NCBI GenBank assembly: GCA_012295275.1 | Contig: CM022671.1 | Location: 33,046,001 to 33,110,000, forward strand | Reading direction: 5' to 3' | DNA length: 64,000 bases | Origin: Chrysomallon squamiferum | Lineage: Eukaryota > Animalia > Mollusca | Shown here: piece after piece, positions 26,292 to 39,813 of the stretch | How the letters are laid out: each line of letters opens with the position of its first letter | Numbering within the stretch: position 1 is the stretch's first letter | Notes under the pieces: model-generated | Database searches by the model: none | What the model saw: only the letters and a program-made list of their open reading frames with translations | What the model was told of the DNA's origin: nothing | Program-made: the position numbers and the translations under genes

Positions 26292-29201
26292 AATTATTAT
26301 TGTTATTGTTATTATTATTATTGTTTTTTGCTATTATTTTCATTGTTGTTGTTGTTCATTTGATTTAAGTAATGTCCAGCATCCATATAAAAAAGAATAT
26401 TCTTTTATTAGTTTTTGTTAGATTTAGTTTTAACCTGCACTTCTATCCCAAATTAGCATTGATATTGTATGTTGAGTTTGTAGTTTTAACCAATTTAGTT
26501 TGCCATGCCTTAGAATACCTAGTGTACTAACACTGCATGTGTTTTCGATTGTTGTTTTGCTGCCTCATAGGAAAATAAGTTAGAGATGGAACGCATGGAA
26601 GAGGAAAAGAAAATGATACACAACAATTTACAAAAGAGTGCAGAAGAAGTTTCAGGCCAGCTCGCCATAGCAGCCAGCACTAACACTAAATTACAAAAAG
26701 AAAAAGAGGTTAGTACAGTGTAATTTTGTAACATTACCATAGTAACCAGTAACATAAAGACCTGCCAGTGCAGAAAGAGGTTAGTACAGAGCAATTTCTG
26801 GACATCACCATAACAACCAAGATAACATTGTGAACAAACAATTACAGAAAGAGGAACTGAGTATAATATAATTTGCCAAATTGCCAATATTTCTGTAGCA
26901 AAATAAGAAAGGTTGGTATAATATAATCTTGACACCTCATCCTAGCAGTGGACAGTAACTCTATTACAAAGGGAAGAAGAGGCTGGTATCCATTATATTT
27001 CAGTGCATCATAGCAGCAGCATTAATTTTACTGTGTAGCCATAGTAACAAGCATTAACTTTCAGTTAAAGTGCTTACTTCAATATAATCTTACTAGGCAC
27101 TTTAGAAGCCAGAACTAACAAAATCACAGATGGAAAAGGTGCCAAATTTTCGTTTTGTTTTATAATCTCGCAAATACTGTTTCTCTACTGCAAAATTTGC
27201 CACATACAAGTGAAACTTATATTATTAATGATTATTCAGAACTTTTTTATATATATTTCTTAATAAATCTGATCTGTTACAGATAATTTGATATCTAAAT
27301 ATAATTTCTGAGATTATTATCTTACGGTCCATTGATTGTTGCAGACTACAAAAGTTTTAAGAGGTTAATCATCACATATCTTGCACAACAGTCCTTATCC
27401 TCCGAATTTACAATGCAAATCTAGCATAGTTGAAAGCCTTATACTAACCCTGGATCCACCCATGCAACAAACAGAAAACATTTTTCTAAGTGTGAATAAT
27501 ATTTGTTTGTTTAAATGCATCCATCATTTCCTGATATAGATAGTGCAGCCTGATTTTGCAACTGCATGCTGCATCAAGCATGGAACAGTGTTTAGTTTAA
27601 AGAAAGTATTCATTGTGAAATTAAAACAATCTGTATTTCAATGAACATGTTGACAGGCTGCTGGTTTGGATGCATTTTTTGAAGGGTGGACACGTAGCAA
27701 GGTAAAGTGCCTTGATAGGTTATTATTATTATAGTTTTATTTATTTATAGTCAGATTTATATTAATTAATATTAAACTATTATTGTAGTCAAATTAACAT
27801 TAAATCATTATTGTAGTCAAACTGACATATAACAATTGTGGTACTTGAATTTACATTTAATTATTATGTTTGTGGTTTCATATTTAGCCAGTATATCACT
27901 TTGGAATTTTGCATTTAGCCAGTATATAATTGTTGATTTTGCTTATAGACTGTATATTTCTTTTTATAAGATGTTATAGGCACTGTACTCAACTTGCAAT
28001 GTACATATTCATTATCTTTTATTCAAAAGAAGAATCAGTAATTTTGTCAAAACATTTAGAAAAATTTAATCTTTTTTTTTTAAATGTTACTTTTCTTCAT
28101 AATTGCTTTGTTATATTTTACACAAACAAAATCAATGGACCACAGTTATCATGCAATAAGATACCATCATAATACATTTATCTCACTGAATAAGCAAATA
28201 TTATTATTTGGTATTTTTTTCTTTAGGAACTGGAGAGCAAACTGAATGCAGCTGAGGAGACCAGAAGCAGCCTGGAGTCACAACTGGAACAGACAAAAGG
28301 TCAGGTGGCTTGCCTTGAATCTGAAATATCTGACACAAAGGAAGAAGCTGAGAAAAGCAAACAGCAGTTATCTGGAGAGTTAGCAGCTCTGACCGGCTCC
28401 CTGGCAGACATGCAGCAAGAGAAGCAGAAGATTGAAGAAGAATTAAGTGCGAGGCTGGCAGAGGTCGAGGGTCAGTTGAAGCAGACGCTGGCAGACAAGA
28501 AGATGACAGAGGAGAAGATGAATGAACAGATTACAGGGCTACAGAAACAGATAGATCAGCTGACATCAGACAAACAGGAAACCGAGACACGACTTAATAA
28601 TCAGTTTGATGATCTACAGAGAAAATTAATAGGTGAGTCATTAATTGTGATCTACAGACAAAGTTAATACTCAGTAACAAAACCAATAGAATAATATTTT
28701 TAATATAAAAAAGAAAAATGAAACCAATTTAAAATTTATATATAAATTTAACTTATTATTTTCATAATACTGGCATGAAAGCAAAATAATATTTAAATGA
28801 AAAAGGATGTGGATAAAATACAATTTTATTTAAATACAGCTAACAGTGATTATTGTGTAGTTTATTTATTTTTTGAGTGGGTATTGCTTTTTATTATAGC
28901 TACTGGAGTGGCTGAAGGCAAGGCTATAATACAAGATGCTCTGGAGCAAAGTGAAAATCCAACACATGCAACAGTCACATGCACAGCAGGTAAACAGTGA
29001 TTTTTAAACATTATCTTATCAGTAATACTGGCATAACCACTACATAATTATGGTGTTAAATTTTTAGATATTTGAAATTAATAGATGATATATGATTACT
29101 GTCCAGTCTTATCATTATTGTTGGCATTATTGTTACTGTCATTAAGTCTTCTTTGTCGTCTTCTTCTTCTTCTTATTATTATTATTATTATTATTATCAT
29201 T

Positions 29202-29245
<44 letters not shown>

Positions 29246-32114
29246 TATTATTTGTTGGTATCTCAGTCATATTTTTTGGGGGGTTTCTGAAGTGTTTTGT
29301 TAGTTTTACTTAGTCTGTATTTTCTTTTTTCAGAATATCTTCTGATGCGAGGAGAACCAGTACTGCAGACTCTGACAAAACTGAAAATGACACATAATGT
29401 TTATTCTATCGATAACAAAGGTAGCATATGGATTTCTCTCTTAGATATAATTATTTTATGTATAATAACCATAATTATTCAAAATTATGATAATGCATTT
29501 TTAAACAAAATTTATTTATTTCTAATAATGATTATTAATAATTTATGAACATAAAAGATCAGAAATCAAATTCTGACTGGGAAAAGCTTTCATGATTGTT
29601 ATAAAAGATTTCTTATATTATCTAGATGAGAGCATATTCAAAATTTACTTATATGAATTTCAGGATCTACATTATAAACAATTCTATCAATTCAATTATA
29701 TCTTTCCTATCATTTATTCTGTTATACATACTTTACAGAAGTTTTGATATTTTCAGATTTAGAATCCTTTATTGCATCTATGGGTGATTTCTCACATCAT
29801 CTTGGTGATTGTATCATCCACGGATTTGCAACTTCACATTCTGCACAGATTGAACCAGGAGAAGGTAAAATAAAATTCTGTTTAAATGTTGATTGTAAAA
29901 TTAAAATTCTCCATCAGTTATAAGCAAAATATGTCATAAGAAATATTTAAAGTTTAAAATACATTTATTCAATAAAATATCAATATCAGCAAAACAAAGG
30001 AATAGTATTTTTTATCATCTTCCTCAATTACCTGTTTTTAATAATATTTTAAAATAAAACTGTCTTTATTATCAATGCTGACACTTACAGAACTGTCCAG
30101 GGCTTGTTGTGAAGCTGGTGATTCAGGTATTCACTTACTTGACACAATTGGAACACAAGGAAATATAGCTGAGGATGTTGATGTCACAGTCAAGAAAGTT
30201 CAGAGAATTCTCAGTCTCGCTGAAGCCCTTGTTCCCAAGATGGAGGACGTCAAAGTAGAGGAAATCGGAGACTTGGTTGATGTAGAGATGCACTCAACTA
30301 CAGCTGCTGTGGAAGCTGCAGCTGCTAAAATGGAGGTTTGCTTATTTATTTTTTTTTTGCTTTTGTTTATAAACTGATGGGAATATTATTTGAATAAATG
30401 TAATTTTTAATGTGAAATGAGGTTAAACAGAAACAAAATCATATGTCAGTCAGCACAAAAAAGCAGAAACAAGTGTTAGGATGTCTGTGTTCTTAAATCT
30501 AACATTGCTTTCTGTTTTTAGTAGATTCTTAAATGAAATAAATGCGACATATTGATGGAAATTTCAAAAGATTTTTGCATGTTCATTAGGTCTTCTTAAG
30601 TTCATACACAGTTTTACTTTTTAAAAAAATGTTGTGAAGATTTGTATCTGCTAGTGCTTTCTGTTTTTAGTAGATTTTTAAATTAAATAAATGTAGCATA
30701 TTAATTGAAACTTCAAAAGTTTTTTTTTATTTTCATTAGGTCTTCTTATGTAGTTATAACAATTCATTTTTTTTTTTTTTTTTTTTTTTGTCTGTTGCAA
30801 TAATTTAACTGTCACTTATTTGATAAAAGTTAGTGTAATATTTTGTTACTATTTCATTGTTCTGTAACATGTTTTTGTGTGTTTGTTTTGTTTGTGAGAC
30901 TGTCATTCACATTGTTATTGTGTATTTGTGACAGGAAATGCTACACAGGACAAGACAGGACGCTACAGGTATAGAGTTAGAAGTAAACGAGAGAATCCTT
31001 GACTCTTGTAATGCTCTGATGAAGGTATTTATTTACTTGTTTTTATACTCTTTATCAATTTATCCTGTTTTAGAATTAGTTGTACTCTCAGCAGTTAATA
31101 AATCAGGTTTATTGTGATCCTTTCATTTACAGTACAAAAGGAGATAATTAAGTGAACACTTAAAATTGTGTGTGATTGTGTATATTGTGAATTTTCTTTG
31201 TTTCTCTTTCTGTGCTTGTCTGTGAGGGTAACTTGTTTGTAACTGTAAATAATCCAGTCAGAAAATGACAACAGTAAACTTGTCAGTTGTATTTGAAGAT
31301 ATAAAGCTACATTGGCTATGGACACATACACGTATCACTGAAGTTGTGTAATCATGTTTCAATTTCAGGCCATCAAAGTTCTTATAGAGAAATCTAGAGA
31401 TGTGCAGAGAGAAATTGTGTCACAAGGCCGAGTAAGTATTAAATGCTTTAATATTTCAATAGATAACCACTTACTTTACAAAAATAATATCTTTACTAAT
31501 TCGTCAAGTTCTACACACTGAACGTTCATGTTCAGTATAATTTGTGTTTTGGCTATATGTAATCTTTGATTATGTTTACTGAGACATTTAATGATATGCT
31601 TTAAAATGTTTTAATGAAATGAAATTTATGTAACGTTTTATTTATTTTAGGGTACGTCTTCAGCAAAGGAGTTTTACAAGAAAAATCACAGATGGACAGA
31701 AGGATTAATATCTGCTGCCAAAGCTGTAGGCTGGGGAGCAAGCACTTTACTGTAAGATTATAGATTAACAGACTGAGAGATAGACGCATAAAGAAATAAA
31801 CAGATAATACACACACAGGAAGAAAGAAAGATGGAGAACCTGAGAGTTTTTTTGTCATAAATCTTTAGTGAAAATATTGTTTTTTTTCTTAAAAGAGAAA
31901 TTATTTTTTTATTTATTTATTATTATAATTGCTCTTTTATTATTTAATTATTAATACTCTATTATTATTATTGTTTCTATATATATATTTTTAAACTGTT
32001 TATTATTATTGTCATCATCATTACTGTACTTGTGTTATTATTATTACTATACTATTGCTACTATTATTTCTACAACTGCTACTGTTACTGCAGTTACAAC
32101 TACTACTGCTGCTG

Positions 32115-32146
<32 letters not shown>

Positions 32147-34934
32147 GTTACTACTACTATTATTAACAGGGACACTGCTGACAAGGTTGTCAAAGGAGAA
32201 GGGAAGTTTGAGGAAATCATGGTTTGTGCTCAGGACATTTCTGCAAGCACTGCGCAGCTTGTTGTTGCCTCAAAGGTCAAGGCTGACAGGGACAGTAAAA
32301 AGTTATCTGATTTGTCTGTGGCATCTAAAGTTGTTAATGAGGCTACAGGCAACGTTGTAGCATCTGCTAAAACAGGCTCAGAGATCATAGAGGATAAGAG
32401 TAAGTGAATTTGAGGTCGCAGCCTTGCACTGCTAGATAATATGGTATTTAGTCATTTATATAAGAGAGGATTAATATACAATAGTTTGAACTGTTTACAA
32501 TGGTTTTGTTTTATTGTTATTTTTATATTAATATTATTATTATTATTATTATTATTATTATCATGATTATTATTATTATTATATTGGTTTCTTTAATTAT
32601 TTCTTTGCTTATTAATTTACTTACTGTTTTTTGGTGTGGGTTTTTTGTTTGTTTGTTTTTTTATTTATTTATTTATTTATTTATTTATTTTTTTTTTTTT
32701 TTTTTTTATTTTTTTTTATTATTTTTTTTTATTATTTTTTTTTATTTATTTTTTTTTTATTATTATTTTTTTTTTTTTTTTTTTTTTCCGCAATGGTTGT
32801 ATCTCTTTTTTCTGTTAATAAATGATAGCTCTAAAGTAATATAATATATTATGACTTTAAAACTGTATACAGAACAGAAAAATATTAAAAGCAATGTCCA
32901 TAGCATACATGCAGTTTCAACAATGATTTTACTTTTTTCTTTTTTTTCTTTTTTCCACAGATCTCATGGACTTCTCACACATGTCTCTTCATGAAACAAA
33001 GAAACTGCAAATGCAGTCCCAGGTCTTATTCTAAAGATACTTTATTTTTTATTTTTTATTTCCTTCTTATTTTTTATTTTTTTATATACTGTGCTGTTTA
33101 ATTTTTTTTTTTTTTTTAATTTTCTCTAGTTGTTTTAGTCATGGGGATAAAAAAATTTGATCCAACAGGCACAGTGTTAAAAAAAAAAATAATAAAATAA
33201 AATTTGAAAAAGCATTCAGCATTATTTAGTGATATCTGCAGTGATTTTTGTTATTCTTACATTTAAAATCTGTTACTCATTTTAAAATTGTCAGGTACGT
33301 GTCATACAACTGGAGCATGAGTTGGAATTGGAAAGAAGGAAATTGGGTGACCTCAGAAAGCAGCAGTATCAGCTAGCAGGAGAAAATGAAGGCTGGGAGG
33401 TCAATCAGGTACAAAAAAAATTATTTTCTTTTCTTTAAAATGTTTTTACATGCTGTATTTTTTTTTTTTATTTTTTTTTTTTATGTTTTCTTAAATCTAA
33501 GAATTTGTTAAAACAATTGCTTATTTTTTAGAAAATGTTCCTTTTTTAAATTTATTTTATTATTATTTTTTTTTTTAGATATTTGATATTTTTTTCATGT
33601 CCATTTTTATTTTTTTTTTCTTTTTTTTGTCTTCTATCTTATTTGTTTTGTATTTTTCTTTTTCCTCTTTATTATTATTATTATTATTCTTTTGAACTTA
33701 AAATATTAGTTTTTTACTTTAATTATCTTTTTCATTATTCCTTTTTTAATCATTTTCAAAAATTGTTCTGTGATAAAGAAATTTTTTTTTTTTAAATTAT
33801 TCACATTGTTCAGAAACTATCATCAAATATAATAATAAATATAAACTGTGCCAAAAACAGTTTTTGTGTCAAATATAATTAAAAAATAAAATGAATAAAA
33901 AAATATGTAATATTACTAACAAAGCAAAAGCAAAATTAATATTTATAATATTTAATATTTTTAAATTCATCATATCCAGATCTGTCTACTTGCTGTAGGT
34001 CTTTCTTTTTTTTTTTTGCCTTCATCCCACAAGATTTTATTTACTTTATTTCTAATTTAATTATATTTTATTCATTAAAAAAAGCAATCACCATCTTTTA
34101 TTTCCCCCTTTCTTTCTTTTGTTTTGACCATGATTTATTTTAATAAAACTAATGAAAATAAGAATTGAAATTTTTATCTAATAGTCTACAATCAAAAGCA
34201 GTTACAGGCTAAATTAGTGTGTTTTTTTTTTTTTTTTTTTTTTTGAAATAACAAATACATTGATTAATTAGTTAATTATGCTAATTATTTAAAATTGCTT
34301 CATCTCAGGATGGCGAGGTCATTGACCTGACTGATGATGTTAATGTGAGTGCACTTCGCTGTTATGCCTTTGACTTACTGTGTCTATTTAAAATACTTCT
34401 TTTGTCTACTCAAGCCATGCTTGTTGTTAGTGTAGTAATTTAAATAGATGTAGGTAAAGTGGTAGTGTATCATTAACTAACATTTCAACTTAACCAGAAA
34501 TAGAATATCTAGGGTAGAATAATGTGTCTAAAATTAGTTGTGGCTGTATGTCCTGTTTAAGATGTTAAAAAGAAAAAGAAAGGTAATAAAATGGTTGTTT
34601 CACTGCTTATGCATATGTGACACACAAAAGTACAAAACTACATTACGCTCAGTGATAATGTTACATTTTCATAGTTATCTCCCTTTAGTAAGAAATATTA
34701 TTCAAATGTTTGGGGTTAAACATTTAATTTGTTAAAATTTAATAAGTTATAGTTTAAAAAATTTAAATATTATTATTGTTTTTGTTATATCTGTTGCCTA
34801 AAATGTACACATTTTTTTCAAAAAAAAAAAAAAAAAAAAAAATCTATTGAACTTATAAACAGATATAAAGTGAGAAATATGATTTTGGTGCTAAGAATTA
34901 CATTGTAACATGGAAACACACACACACACACAGA

Positions 34935-34979
<45 letters not shown>

Positions 34980-35549
34980 GCATACATATACAAACTATTA
35001 AACATAAGTATTATATTAAAAATGGGTAACAGGTCTGCTAATAAAACATATATATTAGTAGTTTTGATGTTTCATTACAAATTTACTAATGCTCTACATA
35101 TTTCATATATAATATAGTTTTAACAAGTCTGTATATGTAAGTGTAGTTAAATGTGGTAAGTGCTATGTTAAAAATATGCAGCTTTCAACTCTCACTGTGT
35201 TTGGGATCTCACTTACATGCTGAAGATTTTTTTCTATTTTATTTTTGTTTTTTTATGGTATGTCATGTCTTCCTATTTTCATCCTTCCTTCCTTCCTTGC
35301 TTCATCTGCTCTTCATTCATAAGTGTTGTGTGCATGTTCTGAGTTGTTTCCTTTTTTCATTTCATCATACTTTTATTCCAGGGTTGATTCTTAACACTTT
35401 ATTCACTTAAAGCTTTTTTCGAATGCAAGTAAAGCACCTATTTTTGATGTTGGAAAATGAGAGAGAAGATGATTCAGAAAGAAAAGAAATAAAAGAGATA
35501 AAACAAAACACAAGAGAGCAGTAAAACTGACAAAGAGAAAATAAAAGAA

Positions 35550-35620
<71 letters not shown>

Positions 35621-35917
35621 TTTGAAGTGTGTTTGACTTATGATGTCAGCTTTTATTACTTTTATTTCATTAAAATAAAAAATAAAAATAAATTGAGTTC
35701 ATTACAATGAAATTATTTGTTTATTTTGGGTTTCACTAATGCAGTAAATTATTCTTTTATTTTAAATTAATACAATAAAAATGTTTTTAAAATTTCTATA
35801 AAAGCAAATTACTGTCAAAAACTTCAGTTGTTTTTAGTTATAGAAATTGAGCTTTTGTAAGAGGTTTATATAATTGTACGTATGACTGCTGACTGTGTGT
35901 GTGTATTGTTACAGTAA
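7877..35917 (+). CDS. HIP1: Huntingtin-interacting protein 1 / HIP1-related (Sla2 family; ANTH, coiled coil, THATCH/I-LWEQ), ~1080 aa
   Basis: Exons, all GT-AG and phase-compatible: 7877-7963, 12190-12253, 15662-15804, 16172-16228, 17727-17807, 18079-18155, 18815-18876, 19397-19537, 21829-21886, 22319-22394, 22743-22883, 23380-23459, 23816-23888, 24055-24147, 24595-24673, 25189-25277, 25624-25692, 26571-26708, 28227-28632, 28900-28989, 29334-29420, 29757-29864, 30091-30335, 30935-31024, 31369-31431, 31651-31751, 32170-32399, 32961-33022, 33295-33408, 34309-34344 (sum 3240 nt). The stop is probably TAA 35915-35917, but the last exon is uncertain. Diagnostic peptides: SLEVERENFERRQ-TVAINKAINAQETPVKEKHVR, CWKFLHVMHKLLRDGHPNV, GQCRLAPLI, EFYKKNHRWTEGLISAAKAVGWGA, ISASTAQLVVASKVKAD. 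Confidence 0.95.
10114..11013. repeat. Three diverged tandem copies of a ~300-bp unit, each containing a (CA)n tract (HIP1 intron 1)
   Basis: 'tgttagttcac..caaatga...tattgaaata' recurs at ~10114, ~10403 and ~10703. 'ggataattaaata', 'aataaatta.gtatgtatca' and 'gagaa.aaacaccttg' recur at the same spacing. Confidence 0.9.
12254..15661 (+). other. U12-type (minor spliceosome) GT-AG intron, HIP1 intron 2
   Basis: 5' site GTATCCTTT matches the U12 consensus RTATCCTT. A branch-like TCACTTAAC lies at 15643-15651, about 10 nt before the AG, with no polypyrimidine tract. The reading frame joins as KHVR-NIILGTF. Confidence 0.9.
13144..13398. repeat. Tandem duplication of ~120-135 bp
   Basis: 'attgttaataaattgcctt' and 'gggtcatttttaacaaatacataattatatt' each occur twice. 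Confidence 0.85.
19531..20035 (+). repeat. 29-bp minisatellite, ~17 copies, beginning at the HIP1 exon 8 donor junction
   Basis: Unit CATTCTAGTAAGTGTTTGTAGTCTCATTT, with variants ending TCTCGTTT and TGTGATTT. Confidence 0.97.
20572..20920 (+). mobile_element. Degenerate tRNA-derived SINE (intronic)
   Basis: A-box-like TGTAGCTCAGTGG at 20581. The central 'GGTGCATATGAAACATTGCTTGCTGCTAATAAAA' resembles, from memory, the core of a common gastropod SINE. The B box is decayed and boundaries are approximate. Confidence 0.6.
26665..27140 (+). repeat. Degenerate tandem copies of the HIP1 exon 18 3' end and donor
   Basis: 'aaagaggttagtacag' occurs at ~26703 and ~26774. Motifs 'catag(c/t)a(g/a)c(c/a)ag' and 'attaca(a/g)a..gag' recur to ~27130. 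Confidence 0.65.
30506..30748. repeat. Direct duplication of ~95 bp, spaced ~150 bp apart (intronic)
   Basis: 'tgctttctgtttttagtagatt.ttaaat.aaataaatg ... ttcattaggtcttctta' at ~30506 and ~30655. Confidence 0.85.
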
Positions 35918-36396
35918 ATTATTAACTGTTTATTGTAGACAGTAGAGATGTACAAAGACTGGTATGGACCCTGGGATTCTGACATGTTATAATAAAAAAG
36001 GGTAAGGTCTGAATGACCTTTGATCTTTGGTCATAACCTTGACAACAGGAAAATAGCATGATGGTTGAAATTTTGCCTGGTAGTTGAAAATAATTTCTTA
36101 TATATGTGCCCATGTAGAAACTTTGTTTTAAAAAAAAAAAAAAAAAAAAAAATTTAAAAGAAGTTTGTAAAGAATGTTAATAAATTTTGACTTTTGTTAC
36201 TGTTATTAATTAATTCCAGGCATGAAACTAAAAATTGTTCATACATTATTTTGTTGGGGTGTGTTAAACTTTTTGCCCTTGTTTTTTTTTTTATTTTGTT
36301 TTTTTAAGTTAGAAAAAAAAAAAGTTTAATTTCCTTTTAAATTATTTTGTATATTTCTAAATGTTTCAAGTATCAGAGTATTGTTTTTTATTTTTT

Positions 36397-36427
<31 letters not shown>

Positions 36428-36683
36428 TTATTTAATAATAATAAAATGAAAAGAGAAAAATTATTTTTACTTATTTTTATATTTTATTATTTTGGGGTTT
36501 TTTCAAGTGAAAAATTTTAATAATGTTTTGTCATTGTTTTTGCTTTCTTTCTTCTCTGTATACTAACATCTTCTTATTTTCACTATGAACTCTGTCTGCA
36601 AACTTACATCTGTGGCACTTATTATTCAGTATATTACAGTCTAGTTTACTTTTTTTTTTTTTTTTTTTTTAAATAATCTTGCA

Positions 36684-36766
<83 letters not shown>

Positions 36767-36990
36767 TCCATACAAATATACATACATACATACATCTGTG
36801 TTTGATGTTGATCCACAAGGAATGCTAAGTAGATCTATAAAATAAAATGTTAAAGAGAAATATATGGGTTAATTTTATTATTTATTTTTATTCTCTAGGT
36901 AGCTGGCTTGTTGAGCATTTGTGTGATTTTCTGTCTAAATATTTAATAAATTGTTTATTTTCTTTTCAGTAATAACAGCATGTTTTTTTA

Positions 36991-37027
<37 letters not shown>

Positions 37028-37335
37028 TAATATTTTTTTTTTTTATCAGTGAATATCAAAATTATTGATAAACTTATCTTTTAGTGTGTTTTAAGGAAAA
37101 GGTACATGTTGGCAACCATTCTGTGTTTTATTTTAGCAATAACAGCATGAGACTGTGAAATTCAAGTTTTCTCCTTTGCTGAAAATAAAATAAAATCTAT
37201 TTTATGCATGACAGTATTGTTTATTACTTACTACTAATAATTTTGTTTTATTATTAATAATTTGTTTTTATTTGTGATTGGGATGTTATGGGCTTATTTT
37301 AATTTGTTCTTAAAATCTGAATGCAGAAAATATAA

Positions 37336-37371
<36 letters not shown>

Positions 37372-37474
37372 TGTTTCTGAGTAGGGTTTTCATTGGAATG
37401 TCAAAAACTAAAAAGGCTACTTTAAGAAATGAAATTTAAATTTTCATTCAATTTTTATTTGATAAGACATTTAT

Positions 37475-37553
<79 letters not shown>

Positions 37554-37944
37554 AACAGATATTGTTATGACATGAATATCTATTTTATAATAAAAGCAGT
37601 TTTCACATTAATCATGTTTAATTTACAACTTCACAGTTATTAAAATTACATTTATGAAAATTAGTATCACTAGTAACACTCAGTATACTGTTTTTAAAGT
37701 AACAGTTATTAGCTAACACTGCATTTTTACTGTGCTCTTTGTGAAAAGGTGTGAAAAAGAAACACAACAATTTAATTGGTTATTAAAATATTTTTTGTTT
37801 GTTATATTTTCAGAAAAGATGACCACCCAGCAGTTCATAAAGAGGACGTTTATCTCAAACCCACACAGCACAGATTTAACATGAAATAAAATATTGAAAC
37901 ATGTGTGATACATTCGTCAGCCTGATATTAGAATTACATAGTGC

Positions 37945-38330
37945 AGGATCTGGATATTTATATTACTTATTACAGTGTTGTTATTTAGGTTCTTTATTTC
38001 AAAGTATCACACCCTTGACCATAAAAATATTTAATCATGACATGATACAAATATTTAGTTGTAGCATTATGTAGAACAGGGGCTGGATATTTGTTTTACT
38101 TATTACAGTGAATGCTACATAGCTACATGATTCTTTATTTCAAAATATTACCCATTTGACTATTAAAATAAGTATTTAATCATCATTTGATTAAAAAAAA
38201 AGACATAACATATGCATATAGTTCAAAGACTGGATATTATTTATCATAATGAATACAGTTTTACTTACAATAGGTTCATTATTTCAAAATAACCAACATT
38301 ATGTGGTAAAAGGCCTGGATTTTTGTATTT
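37945..38330. repeat. Degenerate ~135-140 bp tandem repeat, 3 or more copies
   Basis: 'ctggatatt..tacttattacagtg..ttctttatttcaaa..atttaatcat' recurs at ~37950 and ~38083, more weakly at ~38229. Confidence 0.7.
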
Positions 38331-39264
38331 TTTATATTATAAAGATGGTACATTTGCATTAAATTATTTGTTTTAAACCTCAGCCTTGATGTCTGATTTA
38401 AATAAAATAAATATCTCATCTGATAACAAATATTTGATATCAGCATTTTATCATGTTTTCATTTCTTATGCCATGAATTCAGTGCAGCCATTTTAAAACA
38501 TTTTAATGTTTTCTGTATTAAATAAAATATTCTTGTGATACACTGAAATGTCAAATGTTAGTCTTAGTTGGTAATGGGTGTTGATACTAATATATATATA
38601 TATATAAAATATGACACAACTGATAATAATTATCTAATATAAGCAGTTTTGGTATAAGGCCTTTATGTATATTTCAAATCTGTAGAGTATAGCGTTTTTA
38701 TGATTCTTTAATAACAAAACTGGGGATTTTTCATTATATTAAACAAACTTATTTAATATTAATGTGAAAAAAATCATTCTGAAATTAATATTATTTCATA
38801 TAAGGTCTCAATATTGTTATGCTAGATGTATGATAAACTGTCACTGTATCTGGTTTTTTCATCTTAAAACATGATGGATTTGTTATTTATATTCTGTGGA
38901 ACATAAATGTACACCCATAATCTGGTACAGAATTAATTCTGGTAGTACAGTTTATGTTCTTTATATTTCATACACTGCATGTATAATTGTATAGCTTAAA
39001 TATATTAATAAGATTTTTGTTTTTCCTTATGTTAAGCAATTATACAGCACAAACTTGTTATCTGCACTATACAGAATGTTGATATTCTGTCATTACGTGA
39101 TACTATTAACATCTATAATGTCAGTGTTTCATATAGGGCTTTAAGAATTTGATTACCTGTTGATGTTTTGAGTTATTTATCTTACCAGAACACACAGCAT
39201 CAGCTTCTCATTCTGTATAATCTGTATTACATTAAATGTAAACATTTAACCATTTTATGTCTGT

Positions 39265-39515
39265 ACTAGGATTTTTTGGTTCAGGTGTTGATAATATAAT
39301 TACTTCATCTTGTACTGTATTTGAATTAAATTTTTGTTTACAGAATGTACAGATATCACAGATTATGAGGGAAAAAAAAAATATTTATAAAATATATGTC
39401 ATCATCAGTCTATTCTAGGATTGTTTGTTTCAGGGTGTTGATGATATAATTACTTCATCTTGAGTTGTATCTAAATTTTTGTATTTATAGAATATACATT
39501 ACAGGTTATGAGGAC
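39265..39515. repeat. Direct duplication of ~105 bp, spaced ~150 bp apart
   Basis: 'ctaggatt..ttcagg.tgttgat.atataattacttcatcttg..tgtat..ttatgagg' occurs twice. Confidence 0.8.
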
Positions 39516-39770
39516 AAAGAAAATGTGCAGAAAATACATACAGTAATAATGATCTGTTAATAATATACAAAAACATGTCTGTCATTTCATGTGGTCACGT
39601 CGTGTCAGCTGTGTTTGGATTGTTGCTGTACCAAAGGATAGCATTATTCTTATTTCATTTTTCATTTCAGTTAAACAATTTCTTTCATTTCTTATTTTTC
39701 TTCTTTCTTTTTCTTTTTGTTTTAATTTCTGTTTAAATTTTTTATTTAAATACCAAAGGCAAGCTGATTT

Positions 39771-39813
<43 letters not shown>

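Noticed and set aside
33289-33300. Recursive splice site (tcag|GTACGT)
   Set aside because: GTA CGT encodes V-R of the THATCH C-terminal helix, and the flanking introns are short.
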